Source: Flectonema sp. DT1601 (lineage: Eukaryota). From it: a DNA stretch of 64,000 nt. The notes beneath the pieces were generated by a model, which did no database searches, had not been told where the DNA came from, and saw only the letters and a program-made list of their open reading frames with translations. Shown here in pieces: positions 1 to 11,729 of this stretch (the first letter of the stretch is position 1; each line of letters begins with the position of its first letter). Location of the stretch: contig OZ025793.1 of the NCBI GenBank assembly GCA_964019425.1, forward strand, positions 1,364,001 through 1,428,000, written 5' to 3'. The translations under genes and the position numbers were made by a program.

Positions 1-551
1 CCTTATTGGTGTAAACTGGAGGGAAGGTATGAGTGTGTTGTTGTTCCTTCCTTTCCTTTCCTTTCTTTTGTTATATCTTTTTAGACCAAGTTCTTGTACG
101 ACAACATCATCATAAGAACCACCTCGTGACATGTCTATGGTCTTTAGTCGAGAAAAGTCTTTTTTGTTGTGAAGCTGAAATATAGCACTCTGTGATCCAA
201 AAGCATTCCTGTTGTGTTGCTCTCAGCCCCCTATAAAAATGTGAAAAGAATGATAAAAACTTGTCTCAGGCTGATAACTTTCGATACTTCCTCTTCTCCC
301 TTCTTCCTCTCACTGCTAACGTTCCATAATAGGTAGCCCGCGTTTTATTATTTCCGAAGAGTTGATACAAAGTATCTTCTCAAACAGTTCTAACTCTTCG
401 AATTGAATTGCACTGCGAACTGCTACTGACACTTGTTGACTCATCGTCAAGTTTTGCTTCAGTTTTGTGTACAGGCAAATATAAATAGCATTAAAGTGAG
501 ATTTAAACGGTAGTGTTATTTATACTTTTTCCCTTCCCCAACAGGCGTACG

Positions 552-3230
552 ATGCCGAGATCGTATTTAAAATATGCCCCTCGAGGGTGTACTGGATTGG
601 TGTCTGCTAATGAGGGGAATCCGGTAGTTCTTTCAAACGGTTTAGTGTGCACTCCGGCTTTAGAGAATGTACACTTGTTCGACTCTGAGACTTTTGCTAT
701 TATTGGATACCTTCCAGGTGGAAGTGATGAAGGAGGTGTCACCTGTTTATCGAAATCAGCAGACAGCAGTCAGTTACTAATTGGGTACGGTGATGGTCAT
801 GTTTCAGTTTATCTGACTTCTGACTGGAGTCCGATAATGGACAGAGCGTTGGGTCATAAGTTGACTTCAAAAGTACTTTCAATCGCTCAGACAACTGACA
901 CTACTTTAGTAGCCTCCGGAGCGACTGATACTGACATCGTACTTTGGGATATTTCATCGCAGGACCCAATTTGTAGATTGAGAGGTCACAAGTCTGCGAT
1001 ATTGAATCTCCACTTTCTCGAGCAAACTGGAAAACGATTAGTGTCATTAGCAGGAGATGGTCAAGTGAAGGTTTGGGATGTTGAAATCCACGCCTGTGTT
1101 CACACCTTCATCGGAGCAACATCTCAAGCGACTTGCTTCTCAATTGATATTGCTGAGTCACGTATGGTTGTTGGTGGACGCGATAATATTTTGAAGGTTT
1201 ACAATTTAGAACACAACGACACTGAGAATGTCGAGGACATGTTTGAGCCGCACGGTTCCCTTGAAAGGCAGAACCACCGCCCCTGTGCAAATATCAAATA
1301 CAACAATTCTCACACTCTGTTAGCTGTTCAATCTACTGATAGAGTTATCGAATTCTACAGCGTCTTGGGAGAAAAGGGTGTCGCTGCTAAGATGTCACGT
1401 AAGAAGAAGAGAAAGAGAGAGAAGGCGAAGGATGAACAAGACGTTGAGAGAACTGCTACCTCAGAATATCAGCGTCTTGAAGATGTTGTTCTCCGCGCTG
1501 ACAGTAAAATCAGATCATTCGACTTCTTTCCTTCAAAAGAGAGCGAAGGTAGCAGTGCACCAGACAGGTTAATCGTCGCCTACAACGACAATCAATTTGA
1601 TGAATGGAAGATTACTTTTGTTGATAAGAATAATATTCAATTAACTAAAAGTAAGAAATGTGACATCATCGGACACAGAGGAGAGATTCGATCATCATCT
1701 TTATCTTCTAATAATAAAACACTCGCAACATGTAGTACTGCAGCAGTCAAGGTCTGGAGTATCGAATTAGAAACTTCTGGTGAAGAAGGATCAATTAGAG
1801 ACTGCACTCACACATTTCCAGTTTCGGAACCGAGTTCGTTGACCTTCCTTCCTGGTGACGAGCACCTTGTCGCAGGTACGAAGGATGGAACGATTGAAAT
1901 CTGTTCACTACCACGCTCAGCTGTAATCGAAACTATAGAAGCACACACAGGTGAGATCCAAGCACTGACTCTCAGAGGTGATAAGAGAGGGATCGCCACA
2001 GGAGGAAAAGATAAAATTGTTAAGATTTGGTCTCTCGACCTAACTGATGACGACGAGACTGGCGGAAAGAGAATCACTTTAGCCCAGCAAAGCACACTCG
2101 AATTCACAGACGCCATAACGAGTATTGTCTACTCACCGGATAGTAAATTCTTAGCAGTTGCTCTTCAAGACAATACCGTTAAGATATACTTCGCTGACAC
2201 TTATAAGTTCTTCTTATCACTGTACGGTCATAAGTATCCAGTCACTGCGATATCAATTAGTGATGACTCTAGAATTATTGCTACTGCTTCTATTGATAAG
2301 AATGTTAAGTTGTGGGGACTCGACTTCGGAGATTGTCACAAGTCAATCTTCGCACACGATGATTATGTAACAGATATTAGATTCGTTGGAGGAACACATT
2401 ATTTCTGGACTACTGGTAAGGATGGATTACTTAAGTGTTGGGATGCTGATCACTTTAGTCACATTCAAACTCTAAGAGGTCATCATGGTGCTATTTGGGG
2501 ATGTGAACTAAGTAGAGAAGGAGGTGTCGTAATTAGTTATGGAAGCGATAGAACTATCCGCTCTTGGGTACGAACAGAACAAATCTTATTCCCAGAAGAG
2601 GAGGCTGAAAAGGAAGCCCAAGAGCTCGCGGACAAGGAAAACGCAGCTTCTGCAGCACACGCTGCCCTCGACAAGGCAGACTTAGAAGTTGGTGTAGCTG
2701 GTCAACGGACAGCAATTCATTTAAAACATACTGAAGATCTTCTCGACGCTATCGATGTTGCCTCTGCTGAAATTGACAGAAAAGCAGAAGGTGACCACAA
2801 AGGAGTTGCGCATCCACTTTTGGGTTCTCTTTCTCCTCTCGAGTACCTCGGCAAGGCGCTTTCCGGAATTAAGAATCACGAACTCCGTTACGTATTGTCC
2901 GGCCTTCCTGCTGACTACTCAAAGCGTCTGCTGGCATTTTGCGTAGATCTCATCCGCGAGAAGAGTTGCCGTCTTGAAACCGTCTCTCGAGTGTCGTTCT
3001 TTCTCATTCGCCATTTCGCAACAGAACTTGCGGCCAATTCTGAACTCTCAGCCCTCGCAATGACACTCCACGGAATCCTATCTGATTCACTAACAAAACA
3101 AGTAAACAATCACGGGTTTAATAATGCTGCTCTTGCTGTTGTTCATCGAGTGTTGGATTCTAATGGAGGAGCGAATGATATATTTGACACAACGAAGATT
3201 GTTGGCCATCGGAAGAGAAGAGCTCCGTGA
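552..3230 (+). CDS. WDR3: WD40-repeat SSU-processome protein WDR3/Utp12/Dip2
   Basis: N-terminus MPRSYLKY; many GH...WD repeats; family-like segments FFLSLYGHKYPV, DKNVKLWGLDFGDCHKSIFAHDD and DRTIRSWVRTEQILFPEEEAEKE. ATG at 552 follows the pyrimidine-rich acceptor ...cccttccccaacag (544). Confidence 0.92.
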   Translation: MPRSYLKYAPRGCTGLVSANEGNPVVLSNGLVCTPALENVHLFDSETFAIIGYLPGGSDEGGVTCLSKSADSSQLLIGYGDGHVSVYLTSDWSPIMDRALGHKLTSKVLSIAQTTDTTLVASGATDTDIVLWDISSQDPICRLRGHKSAILNLHFLEQTGKRLVSLAGDGQVKVWDVEIHACVHTFIGATSQATCFSIDIAESRMVVGGRDNILKVYNLEHNDTENVEDMFEPHGSLERQNHRPCANIKYNNSHTLLAVQSTDRVIEFYSVLGEKGVAAKMSRKKKRKREKAKDEQDVERTATSEYQRLEDVVLRADSKIRSFDFFPSKESEGSSAPDRLIVAYNDNQFDEWKITFVDKNNIQLTKSKKCDIIGHRGEIRSSSLSSNNKTLATCSTAAVKVWSIELETSGEEGSIRDCTHTFPVSEPSSLTFLPGDEHLVAGTKDGTIEICSLPRSAVIETIEAHTGEIQALTLRGDKRGIATGGKDKIVKIWSLDLTDDDETGGKRITLAQQSTLEFTDAITSIVYSPDSKFLAVALQDNTVKIYFADTYKFFLSLYGHKYPVTAISISDDSRIIATASIDKNVKLWGLDFGDCHKSIFAHDDYVTDIRFVGGTHYFWTTGKDGLLKCWDADHFSHIQTLRGHHGAIWGCELSREGGVVISYGSDRTIRSWVRTEQILFPEEEAEKEAQELADKENAASAAHAALDKADLEVGVAGQRTAIHLKHTEDLLDAIDVASAEIDRKAEGDHKGVAHPLLGSLSPLEYLGKALSGIKNHELRYVLSGLPADYSKRLLAFCVDLIREKSCRLETVSRVSFFLIRHFATELAANSELSALAMTLHGILSDSLTKQVNNHGFNNAALAVVHRVLDSNGGANDIFDTTKIVGHRKRRAP

Positions 3231-3700
3231 GATGTTGAAGTTCACTTCGATAGTTTTGTGAGTTCAGAAGATGTCTACTTCTGAAGACATCATTCAGATC
3301 AAGTGAATGGTTCACTTATCAGTGTTGGGTACTTGCTTGTATCAAATGGTTGTATTTCATTGGAGGTCTCTTATTGGATGAGTGACAGCAAAAAATAAAA
3401 ACAAACAAAAAAAAGAGAAAAAAAAGAAGAGTAAATGAATAAATCAGTTCAGTGTTATGAAGGAGGTCCTGTCACTCCAGTTCGTCAAATTATTTTAATC
3501 GTTTGCAAAGTCCCCCCCTGCAGTTATCATCTAAGGTTCCTTTTGATTTTCAAAAGGAATGAAGTTTTATTACGTACCTCCTCACCCGGTCAGTTTTCAT
3601 CATTTTATTTGTTTCATTGAAGAGCTGTTTATGAAGTAGAATTGTTTTATATTTTTTCATTTCCAACAGGACACATGTGTGTATGATTCCATAACCAGAG

Positions 3701-3930
3701 ATGTCTTCCCCTCCATCGAAGGAAGAAGTAGCGCTAAAGCGTGCCCGAGTTCTCGGAATCTCATCTGCCATCCATTTAGTGATGTTATGGAATAGACCAA
3801 CTCGTATGGAGGCAGACATTGGGATTACATTAAATACACTCTCAGGTATTATTGGATTGGTTTGGTTCTTGACGAGGAGTACTTTCGGATTCCCATTATT
3901 TATTAACATCTTCTATGCTGCTGGAATCTC
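3701..3930 (+). repeat. 230-nt identical copy shared with 23903-24132 (N-terminal coding region)
   Basis: Identical by eye from the ATG to ...ctggaatctc at both loci. Confidence 0.95.
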
Positions 3931-5251
3931 TCTCATTATCAAAGTCTGGATAGATGGAAACAGTGATCAGATTCCCATCATGATTAGCTGTGGAGTATTA
4001 GTCACGGGAGCAATCATGTTGAGGAGTCATAATTCTGAATGGACGCAAACCAATTTATCACTCTTTCTATTTGGTGGTAGTAAGGCTTCACCATTCCAGA
4101 GTTCCATTACAGTCGTCATCAGAGATCCTTTTAAAGAATCTGAAGACACAATTCGTAGAAATGAAAGTAATCCTGTGATTCAATATCACTCTTGTTGGAA
4201 GAAGAAACACATCATACGAATACTAAATAAGAGAGGATGGTGTCCAGTAAAAGGAGATGGTCCAATTCAGGGAGGAATATGTTACGTGCAGAAGGTTTCC
4301 GGCTGCAAGTGCGGGTCCAACTGGAAGCTGCTTCCAAAGTTGCACGTTGACTGCATTGGTGGAAAAGTAAGTTTAGCAAAGTTACTGGCAAGGGACGGGC
4401 TGACTGGTGTGGCGCCACGGACTTTCAGCAACTTCGCTTCATTCCGTAAGGCGTTGACAGAAGGTAACGTATCGACAGGGAAGTGGTACGTGAAGGTCTC
4501 TCACTTGAATGGCAGGAGGGGAGTCATCTGTTTCAACTCACCAGCGGAGGCGGAGAAACACTGCGAAGCCGTTGAGAAAGATAAACCTTCCTGGTACAGG
4601 TACGTGATTCAAGAACAAGTACCAAACTTGTATTTATTTCAAGGGAAGAAGATGCTTCTTCGATTGTGGGGATTGGTAACTGTAGCGGGAGGTGAGGACA
4701 ACATTTGGTTCCACATCAGCAAACGTCTCCGTGCTAACATCATGAACTCATCATACGAGAACGACAGCACTGAACGAGATGCTGATGTTGAACATTGCAC
4801 TAAGAATGTATTCGACAATACATCTGATTGGGAACATTATGAACGTGTGTGGCCTAGGTGTGCTGAGGTTGCGGCATCAGTAGTGCAATCCATGATCCGT
4901 CTCTGGACTAAGAGAGGACTTCCTCCGATGTTGAATGATGGTCAGGGTTTCTTTAATCATTTAGCGTTTGATTTCATCCCAGCTGTTACCCCAAATGGTA
5001 TCCATCCTTACCTTATTGAAGTTAATGTTGATCCTTCATTTAGGAATCCTTGTCCTGAGACAAAGTATGTATTTATTTAGTATTCTTTTAATAGACGCTG
5101 TACAGTTATTGGTAGTCATACTTCCCACAGGGCATTCGCTGAAGATGTCGTCACGTTTTTTGTTGAAAAAGTCTCAAGCGACAGACAGCTTGCGATGCCC
5201 TGCCGTTACTTTACTTCGATGAGAATGTTAACAATTGAGTCGCTTAAGTGA
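3701..5251 (+). CDS. Tubulin-tyrosine-ligase (TTL/TTLL)-family ATP-grasp protein with N-terminal multi-TM module; exons 3701-5064 and 5131-5251
   Basis: Motifs WYVK..NGRRGV, YVIQEQV..GKKMLLRLW, FNHLAFDF, PYLIEVNVDPSF. Intron gtatgt...cccacag (5065-5130) removes the ORF stop and gives the C-terminus KAFAEDVVTFFVEK...LK*, homologous to exon 2 of the paralog. Confidence 0.75.
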
Positions 5252-6557
5252 TTGTACTGATCGAATTGTAATATTTACACTTTTTGATTACATCTCGAAG
5301 GGCTTACCTGATGAAACATTAGATTGATTATATTGTTGTTCAGTTGGTGTTGTCAATTAGTCAGCCTTTTTATTTAATTAACCTTCTTGTTACTGTTGTC
5401 TTCATTCGTTTTGTTTATTACCAAATCGTATTAGTTTCTTTCTTATTATTCTGTGTAAGGAAGTCATCACAGTAACTGACTTCTATTTCATTTACCCGTT
5501 TGAATTTAGATTCGTGTGCGTGTCATAACTTTATATCATTTCCACCACATCAGCCAACATCAGTTAATGTCTGACGATGGCAGCCGTGAAATTGATGTGG
5601 CGGCAAAGAACGTATTAGATGAACACGATTCGTACGAATCTCTGGAACCAACAATTCAATATCACTCTTGTTGGAAGAAGAAACACATCATACGAATACT
5701 AAATAAGAGAGGATGGTGTCCAGTAAAAGGAGATGGTCCAATTCAGGGAGGAATATGTTACGTGCAGAAAGTTTCCGGCTGCAAATGCGGGTCCAACTGG
5801 AAGCTGCTTCCAAAGTTGCACGTTGACTGCATTGGTGGAAAAGTAAGTTTGGCAAAGTTACTGGCAAGGGACGGGCTGACTGGTGTGGCGCCACGGACTT
5901 TCAGCAACTTCGCTTCATTCCGTAAGGCGTTGACAGAAGGTAACGTATCGACAGGGAAGTGGTACGTGAAGGTCTCTCACTTGAATGGCAGGAGGGGAGT
6001 CATCTGTTTCAACTCACCAGCGGAGGCGGAGAAACACTGCGAAGCCGTTGAGAAAGATAAACCTTCCTGGTACAGGTACGTGATTCAAGAACAAGTACCA
6101 AACTTGTATTTATTTCAAGGGAAGAAGATGCTTCTTCGATTGTGGGGATTGGTAACTGTAGCGGGAGGTGAGGACAACATTTGGTTCCACATCAGCAAAC
6201 GTCTCCGTGCTAACATCATGAACTCATCATACGAGAACGACAGCACTGAACGAGATGCTGATGTTGAACATTGCACTAAGAATGTATTCGACAATACATC
6301 TGATTGGGAACATTATGAACGTGTGTGGCCTAGGTGTGCTGAGGTTGCGGCATCAGTAGTGCAATCCATGATCCGTCTCTGGACTAAGAGAGGACTTCCT
6401 CCGATGTTGAATGATGGTCAGGGTTTCTTTAATCATTTAGCGTTTGATTTCATCCCAGCTGTTACCCCAAATGGTATCCATCCTTACCTTATTGAAGTTA
6501 ATGTTGATCCTTCATTTAGGAATCCTTGTCCTGAGACAAAGTATGTATTTATTTAGT
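4178..6557 (+). repeat. Near-identical ~904-nt direct repeat (4178-5081 and 5654-6557) covering the TTL domain
   Basis: Offset 1476 nt; three synonymous differences seen by eye; translated proteins identical over the tract. Confidence 0.95.
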
Positions 6558-6743
6558 TATCCAACCGTTGGCCTTATTAAATACTTCTTCACTTAACATA
6601 AGTGTGATACCAAGAAGGGATTAGAATGAAAAACAAACAGGGCTTTCGCTGAGGACATAGTTGAATTTTTTGTTGAGCAAGCAGCTGCCAACACACCTTT
6701 GATGATCCCCGATATGCAGTTCACTTCTATGAAGCTTCGTTAG
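5567..6743 (+). CDS. TTL/TTLL-family ATP-grasp protein, paralog lacking the TM module; exons 5567-6540 and 6641-6743
   Basis: Same TTL motifs as the upstream copy. Intron gtatgt...aaacaaacag (6541-6640) gives KAFAEDIVEFFVEQ...MKLR*. Confidence 0.75.
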
Positions 6744-7549
6744 TTATACTCAGGCTGTATAAAGCTTCACGATCCGATTCGGTGTAGCTTTCGGCTATTT
6801 GTTTAATACAAGCTGACTACGCACTGTTTTGATAAGAGTAAGTTTTCATCTCTCGTCATTAATTTCCGTTACCCCGAAATGTTGTTCTAAAAACATAAGA
6901 ACATCACATCAGCTCACTTCTCTATTTTCGTTATTCGAATGTCGACTTGTTGTCACATCTCTGCATAGAGCACTTTGTATTACTTTAGAAGGTACTGTAA
7001 GCTATCAGGCTGCAGTCCAACAACTGGATGAACAGTTTTAGTCCTAGCCCTCTTTTTTTTGTTTGTTTTTATTTTTATTTTTCCAATAAATTCTGTTTCC
7101 CAGTCACATCCAATGAGAGTATTAACAGCGTAGTATCTTAACTGTTTAATATTCTCTGATGTCACTGAAATAGTTGTTGAAGTTTGTTACTGTATTTTGT
7201 GAAAATGATCGCGGGCCGTTGCCCTGTGAACTGTTACTTCTACTGCAGTACAAAACTGTTGAACTAGTGGGATGGTGACAAGATTACCTTATTTCCGTTA
7301 TTTCTTATTATTATTTTTTTTTTTTTTATATATTCTTGTTTTGATTGTTCTCAAACACGTGTTTACATCTCTCCTCACTACGTCAACAATTTGTTATCAT
7401 ATCATAGTTACAGATGTTAATGTTTTCAGTCAAAAGTTAGGTTTGTGGCTACTTCTATGACAGGAACACACATACAACAGATGTCTTCTATATTTAATGT
7501 AATTATCTCTCAGCTATTTGCATAAAACACACCAAAACACTAAACAAAG

Positions 7550-7885
7550 ATGTTCAGCGCACGCTCAGTTCTTACCAGAGGAATGCTTAGAGGAAGCAGA
7601 CACTACTGCAGTCTTCCAAAGATGGAAACAGTTATGTTTGGTCAGGCTGATGTTGATGGAGATGGTTTCTTAGAAGTAGGTGAGTTAAATACTCTACTTA
7701 AGAATCAAGGTTGTAATCTAAGCAAAGATCAGGTAACAGTATTATTAGGAGCAATGGACACGGACAAGGACGGAAAAGTATCATTTACTGAATTCCAAAA
7801 CTATCTCTACACAGTTGACTTTGAAGGAGCAACAGATGACGAAGTCCTTTCTTCTAGTTGTGTGAGAGAACTCGCTTCGATCTAA
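7550..7885 (+). CDS. Two-EF-hand calcium-binding protein with probable mitochondrial presequence
   Basis: Canonical loops DVDGDGFLEVGE and DTDKDGKVSFTE; Arg-rich, acid-free N-terminus MFSARSVLTRGMLRGSRHY. Confidence 0.85.
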   Translation: MFSARSVLTRGMLRGSRHYCSLPKMETVMFGQADVDGDGFLEVGELNTLLKNQGCNLSKDQVTVLLGAMDTDKDGKVSFTEFQNYLYTVDFEGATDDEVLSSSCVRELASI

Positions 7886-8927
7886 TATTGTTATTCTCAT
7901 TTACGATTTTCTTTTTTTCTCCACTCTTTTGTCAGCTCTAGAGCACACGCGTGGTGTCATGATTGCCTCGTTTTTACGTTATCCAATTTCGCATAATTTC
8001 CCCTTCTTCCTCTCTTTAGTTTGTTCCTTTTCGATGAGAAAACTTCGTATCGGTTTTCTGTGTAGCATCTCCTTACATGTAGCAGCTTTCAAAGTATTTT
8101 TTCCTTTTGTTTTTTTAAATAACACGCGTGAGGTGAGGTGAAACTATATAAAAAAAAATTAAGAAGTCACCCCGTCGAAAGTAACGCATGTCCCGACCCG
8201 TCTTGGAAGACGTTTGTCAGCTGTCTGAATGTTATCGACGATTGTAATTTAGCTCTTGGAGCCTTACTGCAGACGTGTGATTGAAGTTGAGATAAGTTGT
8301 GCATTGCTCTTCTTGTAGTTATTAAGAAATATAAGCAGAAAGCTCACTCCCCCGTTTATGAGAAACTGACCATTTAAATGTTTTTACTTCTCAACCACTC
8401 TCATCCTTCCCCGTTGTCTTAGATTTAAACTTCACAAATGACGGCTACTTGCTAACCTGTTCACATTTTTGATTGCTTTATTACGTCTTAGGGATTGTAG
8501 CGACACGTATCACAATAAGAGACCTCTCTGGGTGTTCGACTTTATATTTGACTCTGTTTTTAGAAAGTCGTAGTGAGCATGGTCTTGGAAGGTCATATCT
8601 TTGTGTGTTGCGGTCAAATTTCTCCTGTTTCTCATCTATTGGGAGATAAGGGGAAAAACGGAAAAAAAAAAAAAAAAAAAAAAAGAAAGATTTTACGGTC
8701 ATTTGGCTTCTGTTCTATACCTATTTGTTATTTATTTGTTATACCCCCCTCTGCACTTCTTTAATTGTTTGATTCCCCTCCCAAGAGGTCCATTATTTTG
8801 AGGTAGTATTCGTGTTGCAAAAGCATTTGAATTCCACCTTTAAAATTGGTCCGTTTGATTAAAACATTTGCTTTTTTTCCTCCTCCCTATTCCCAAATAT
8901 TCCACGAAATAACATTACGTGTGTTTC

Positions 8928-9624
8928 TTAGGGTGAGCTCTTCACCCTGATTGACACTTGTAAAAAAAAAAAAAAAAAAAAAAGAAATTTCACCGAGTAT
9001 CAAGAGACGCTATTGCAGAGGGTGAGTTCTTACCCGAATTTCAGGTAGTGTAGCCATTGGATTCTAACACAAAAATAAGTTTAAAAAAAAAAAATGTGGT
9101 GACACAATGGTTGCTTTATGCAATCAGAATCAACAGCATTTAATGTTTTTATGTAACACTATTAACTACTCAGATGGTGGAGAGAATTAGAAACCAAATT
9201 CCTTCACAAGGAATTTGGTTTTTTCTTTTCGGGGTGAGATCTTATCCCCTTTTTCTTTTTGAATTTAATTATTGTTCTCATTGAAGTTGGTCACGTGTTG
9301 TACGAGAACTCTACTCGCTGAGAAGTTTCGACACACAAACAGATCAATCAGACCAGAAGAATGAAATGAAGTTCTTGTCATCATCACAATGAGACTGTTG
9401 AAGAATGAGTTACTTATCCGTCAACAGTTTTTATGTTTATCTGACAATTATTTTGCATAAGTTTTGACAGCAGAACGGGGGTGAGTTCTTACCTCCTTTC
9501 TGAACTGGTCGACAAGTAGATGTGGTTTTTGAGATGTTGTGCACAGAATAATTTTGTTACAGAAAACAACTCTTTTTGAACGTTAGTGACAGTAGAATGA
9601 GTTGAGGGTGAGTTCTTACTCTCA
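8928..9624 (+). repeat. Array of five related stem-loops, consensus GGGTGA-GTTC-TTACCC
   Basis: Copies at 8928-8950, 9020-9035, 9231-9247, 9477-9496 and 9603-9624; stems stay paired (with G-U) despite sequence changes. Confidence 0.8.
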
Positions 9625-10061
9625 TCTCAGTCGTCGGTCACTGGAAGCGGAGCAAAATAGAAATGAAAATATCTCTCTGAGGAATCTCGGAGAGTGTTTT
9701 CGGATGCAAAGACGGAATACCACCGCCTGTTGCTAACACATCAACAAGTAAATAGAAACAGTAATGAAAACAGTTTAAAAAACAGTAAAAAAAGAATAAA
9801 ATATCTGAAAGAAGACTCTTTGGAGCTTACTAACAAAAGAAATGAAAAGACAAGAAACCACATCTTCAATCTCTTGCTTGACTGTTTGTGGTGATGATTG
9901 GAATCCTGTTTTTAATTGGAATGAAATCTATTTTTAATACAGCTGAGGTGATGACTACGAGGAAGGTTAGCTCATAGAAGAGAGTAGTTCAACTGTCGGA
10001 TGGTAAGTTGATAGTTCTATTTCGATATTTATTACTTTTCCAGTTATTTTGGGACCACAAT

Positions 10062-11729
10062 ATGCAAGTTGCCTTATCATTTCTCGATACCAACTTCGAG
10101 GATGTCATATTTACAGCAGCACCAGAATCCTTAGTTGAGGACGCGGTGCAGGCAGCAGCTGCTGAGTGGGGTACTGATGCTCAAGACATTGAAGTAACCC
10201 TCGCTGGGGATTTACTCTCAACGAAGAGTCGACTCGTTGATCACGTGATGGGATTTGAGGATCAATTAATTGCGACAGTGAAAGAACATATATTTAGAAA
10301 GGAAAACTTCACTCAGCCCTGCTGTAGGAAGAATATGGTTCGACAATACAATCAAAGCCGCGATGGAACTCTGCGCCTCGACACTCCGACATTTGCGGTT
10401 GACGGTCGGCTTCGTTTTGATAGTTCCTGGCTGTCGATAATGTTCAAACAAATATCACTCGCAGAAGCGAGTCCCTCTGTCACTTCTATCTGCGACAACT
10501 TCTTCCGTTCCACTGCAATCACGGCGCTGGATCTGACGGGTTGCAGTTATGTAACCCACGTCGGAAGTTTCTTCTTATCCTCATCCGCTTCAATCACTAC
10601 ACTCGACCTATCAAGTTTAACGAGTGTTACGCACATTGGAGACGGCTTCCTTGCCAACTGCAGCTCCATTGAACGACTAGACTTGTCTGGTCTTTATAAC
10701 GTCAGTTATGTTGGACATTACTTTCTGTTATCGTGTTCGTTAATAGAAGAGTTAGACCTATCAGGTCTGCGTAACGTAGTATCTGTTGGGGATGCTTTTC
10801 TTCGAAAATGCACCGCCCTACGTACTGTAGACTTGTCTGCGCTTCAGCAGGTTGCAGAAGTTGGTAATTATTTTATGTCTTCCTGCAAGTCAATTATTTC
10901 AGTAGACTTGTCAGGTCTGCAAAGTGTTGTTACTATTGGAAAGTTCTTCTTAAGTGATTGTACTTCACTTTCAGAACTTGACTTATCCAGTCTTTGTAAT
11001 CTGACATATGTTGGAGGCTACTTTCTTAGCTCTTGCACTCAACTTGCTGCTCTTAACTTGTCTTTCTGCTGTCAAACATCAATCAGCGATGACTTTTTGA
11101 ATTGCTGTACATCACTTCAGTCGCTGACCTTCTCAGGTCTTCATAACATTCGAACTATCGGAAATGGATTCCTTAATAAGTGCGAGGCACTTACGGCACT
11201 CGATTTTTCAGGTTTTCATAATACCACTGCTGTTGGGGAACGTTTCCTTAATTATTGCGTTTCACTTACGGAACTAAACCTGGGAGGCCTCGAATCTGTT
11301 TCAACTATCGAAAAGTATTTTTTAACTTCTTGCATTTCCCTTGTGAGCCTTAACTTGTCTAACCTTTGTAGTGTTACAGCTGTTGGGGATAACTTTCTCA
11401 ATCGATGTAATTCTCTTGTGGAATTAGACTTGTTAGGGTTTATGAATGTTAAGACAGTTGGGGATATGTTCCTGGCTAACAATCCATCACTAACAAGACT
11501 TGACTTGTCGGGTATTAGTAACGTTGTGTTTGTTGGAGATGACTTCCTTCGGGGGTCTTCTTCTGTTGTAGAGCTTGACTTGTCAAGTCTCTGTAGTGTG
11601 TTGTCAATTGGAAGTAGGTTGCTTCATACTTGCGACTCAACTGCTTTACACATATCTGGTGTTTCGATTAGCAGAAGAGAATTTATTAAACGAAAGTCTG
11701 GCAAACAAGAAGCCTGCGTGATTTCGTAA
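10062..11729 (+). CDS. Leucine-rich-repeat protein (about 25-aa LDLSxLxxVxxIGxxFLxxC repeats) with ubiquitin-like N-terminal domain
   Basis: About 15 LRR units; N-terminal ~75 aa with a Ubl-like pattern; ATG at 10062 after the acceptor ttttccag. Confidence 0.85.
   Translation: MQVALSFLDTNFEDVIFTAAPESLVEDAVQAAAAEWGTDAQDIEVTLAGDLLSTKSRLVDHVMGFEDQLIATVKEHIFRKENFTQPCCRKNMVRQYNQSRDGTLRLDTPTFAVDGRLRFDSSWLSIMFKQISLAEASPSVTSICDNFFRSTAITALDLTGCSYVTHVGSFFLSSSASITTLDLSSLTSVTHIGDGFLANCSSIERLDLSGLYNVSYVGHYFLLSCSLIEELDLSGLRNVVSVGDAFLRKCTALRTVDLSALQQVAEVGNYFMSSCKSIISVDLSGLQSVVTIGKFFLSDCTSLSELDLSSLCNLTYVGGYFLSSCTQLAALNLSFCCQTSISDDFLNCCTSLQSLTFSGLHNIRTIGNGFLNKCEALTALDFSGFHNTTAVGERFLNYCVSLTELNLGGLESVSTIEKYFLTSCISLVSLNLSNLCSVTAVGDNFLNRCNSLVELDLLGFMNVKTVGDMFLANNPSLTRLDLSGISNVVFVGDDFLRGSSSVVELDLSSLCSVLSIGSRLLHTCDSTALHISGVSISRREFIKRKSGKQEACVIS

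Noticed and set aside
8928..9624. CRISPR array interpretation of the palindromic repeats
   Set aside because: Repeats are short and variable, spacing is irregular (about 90-250 nt), there are no cas genes and the context is eukaryotic.
9891..9946. C/D-box snoRNA (GTGATGA...CTGA)
   Set aside because: No terminal stem or recognisable guide; the segment overlaps a likely splice acceptor (tttttaatacag) for the LRR gene.
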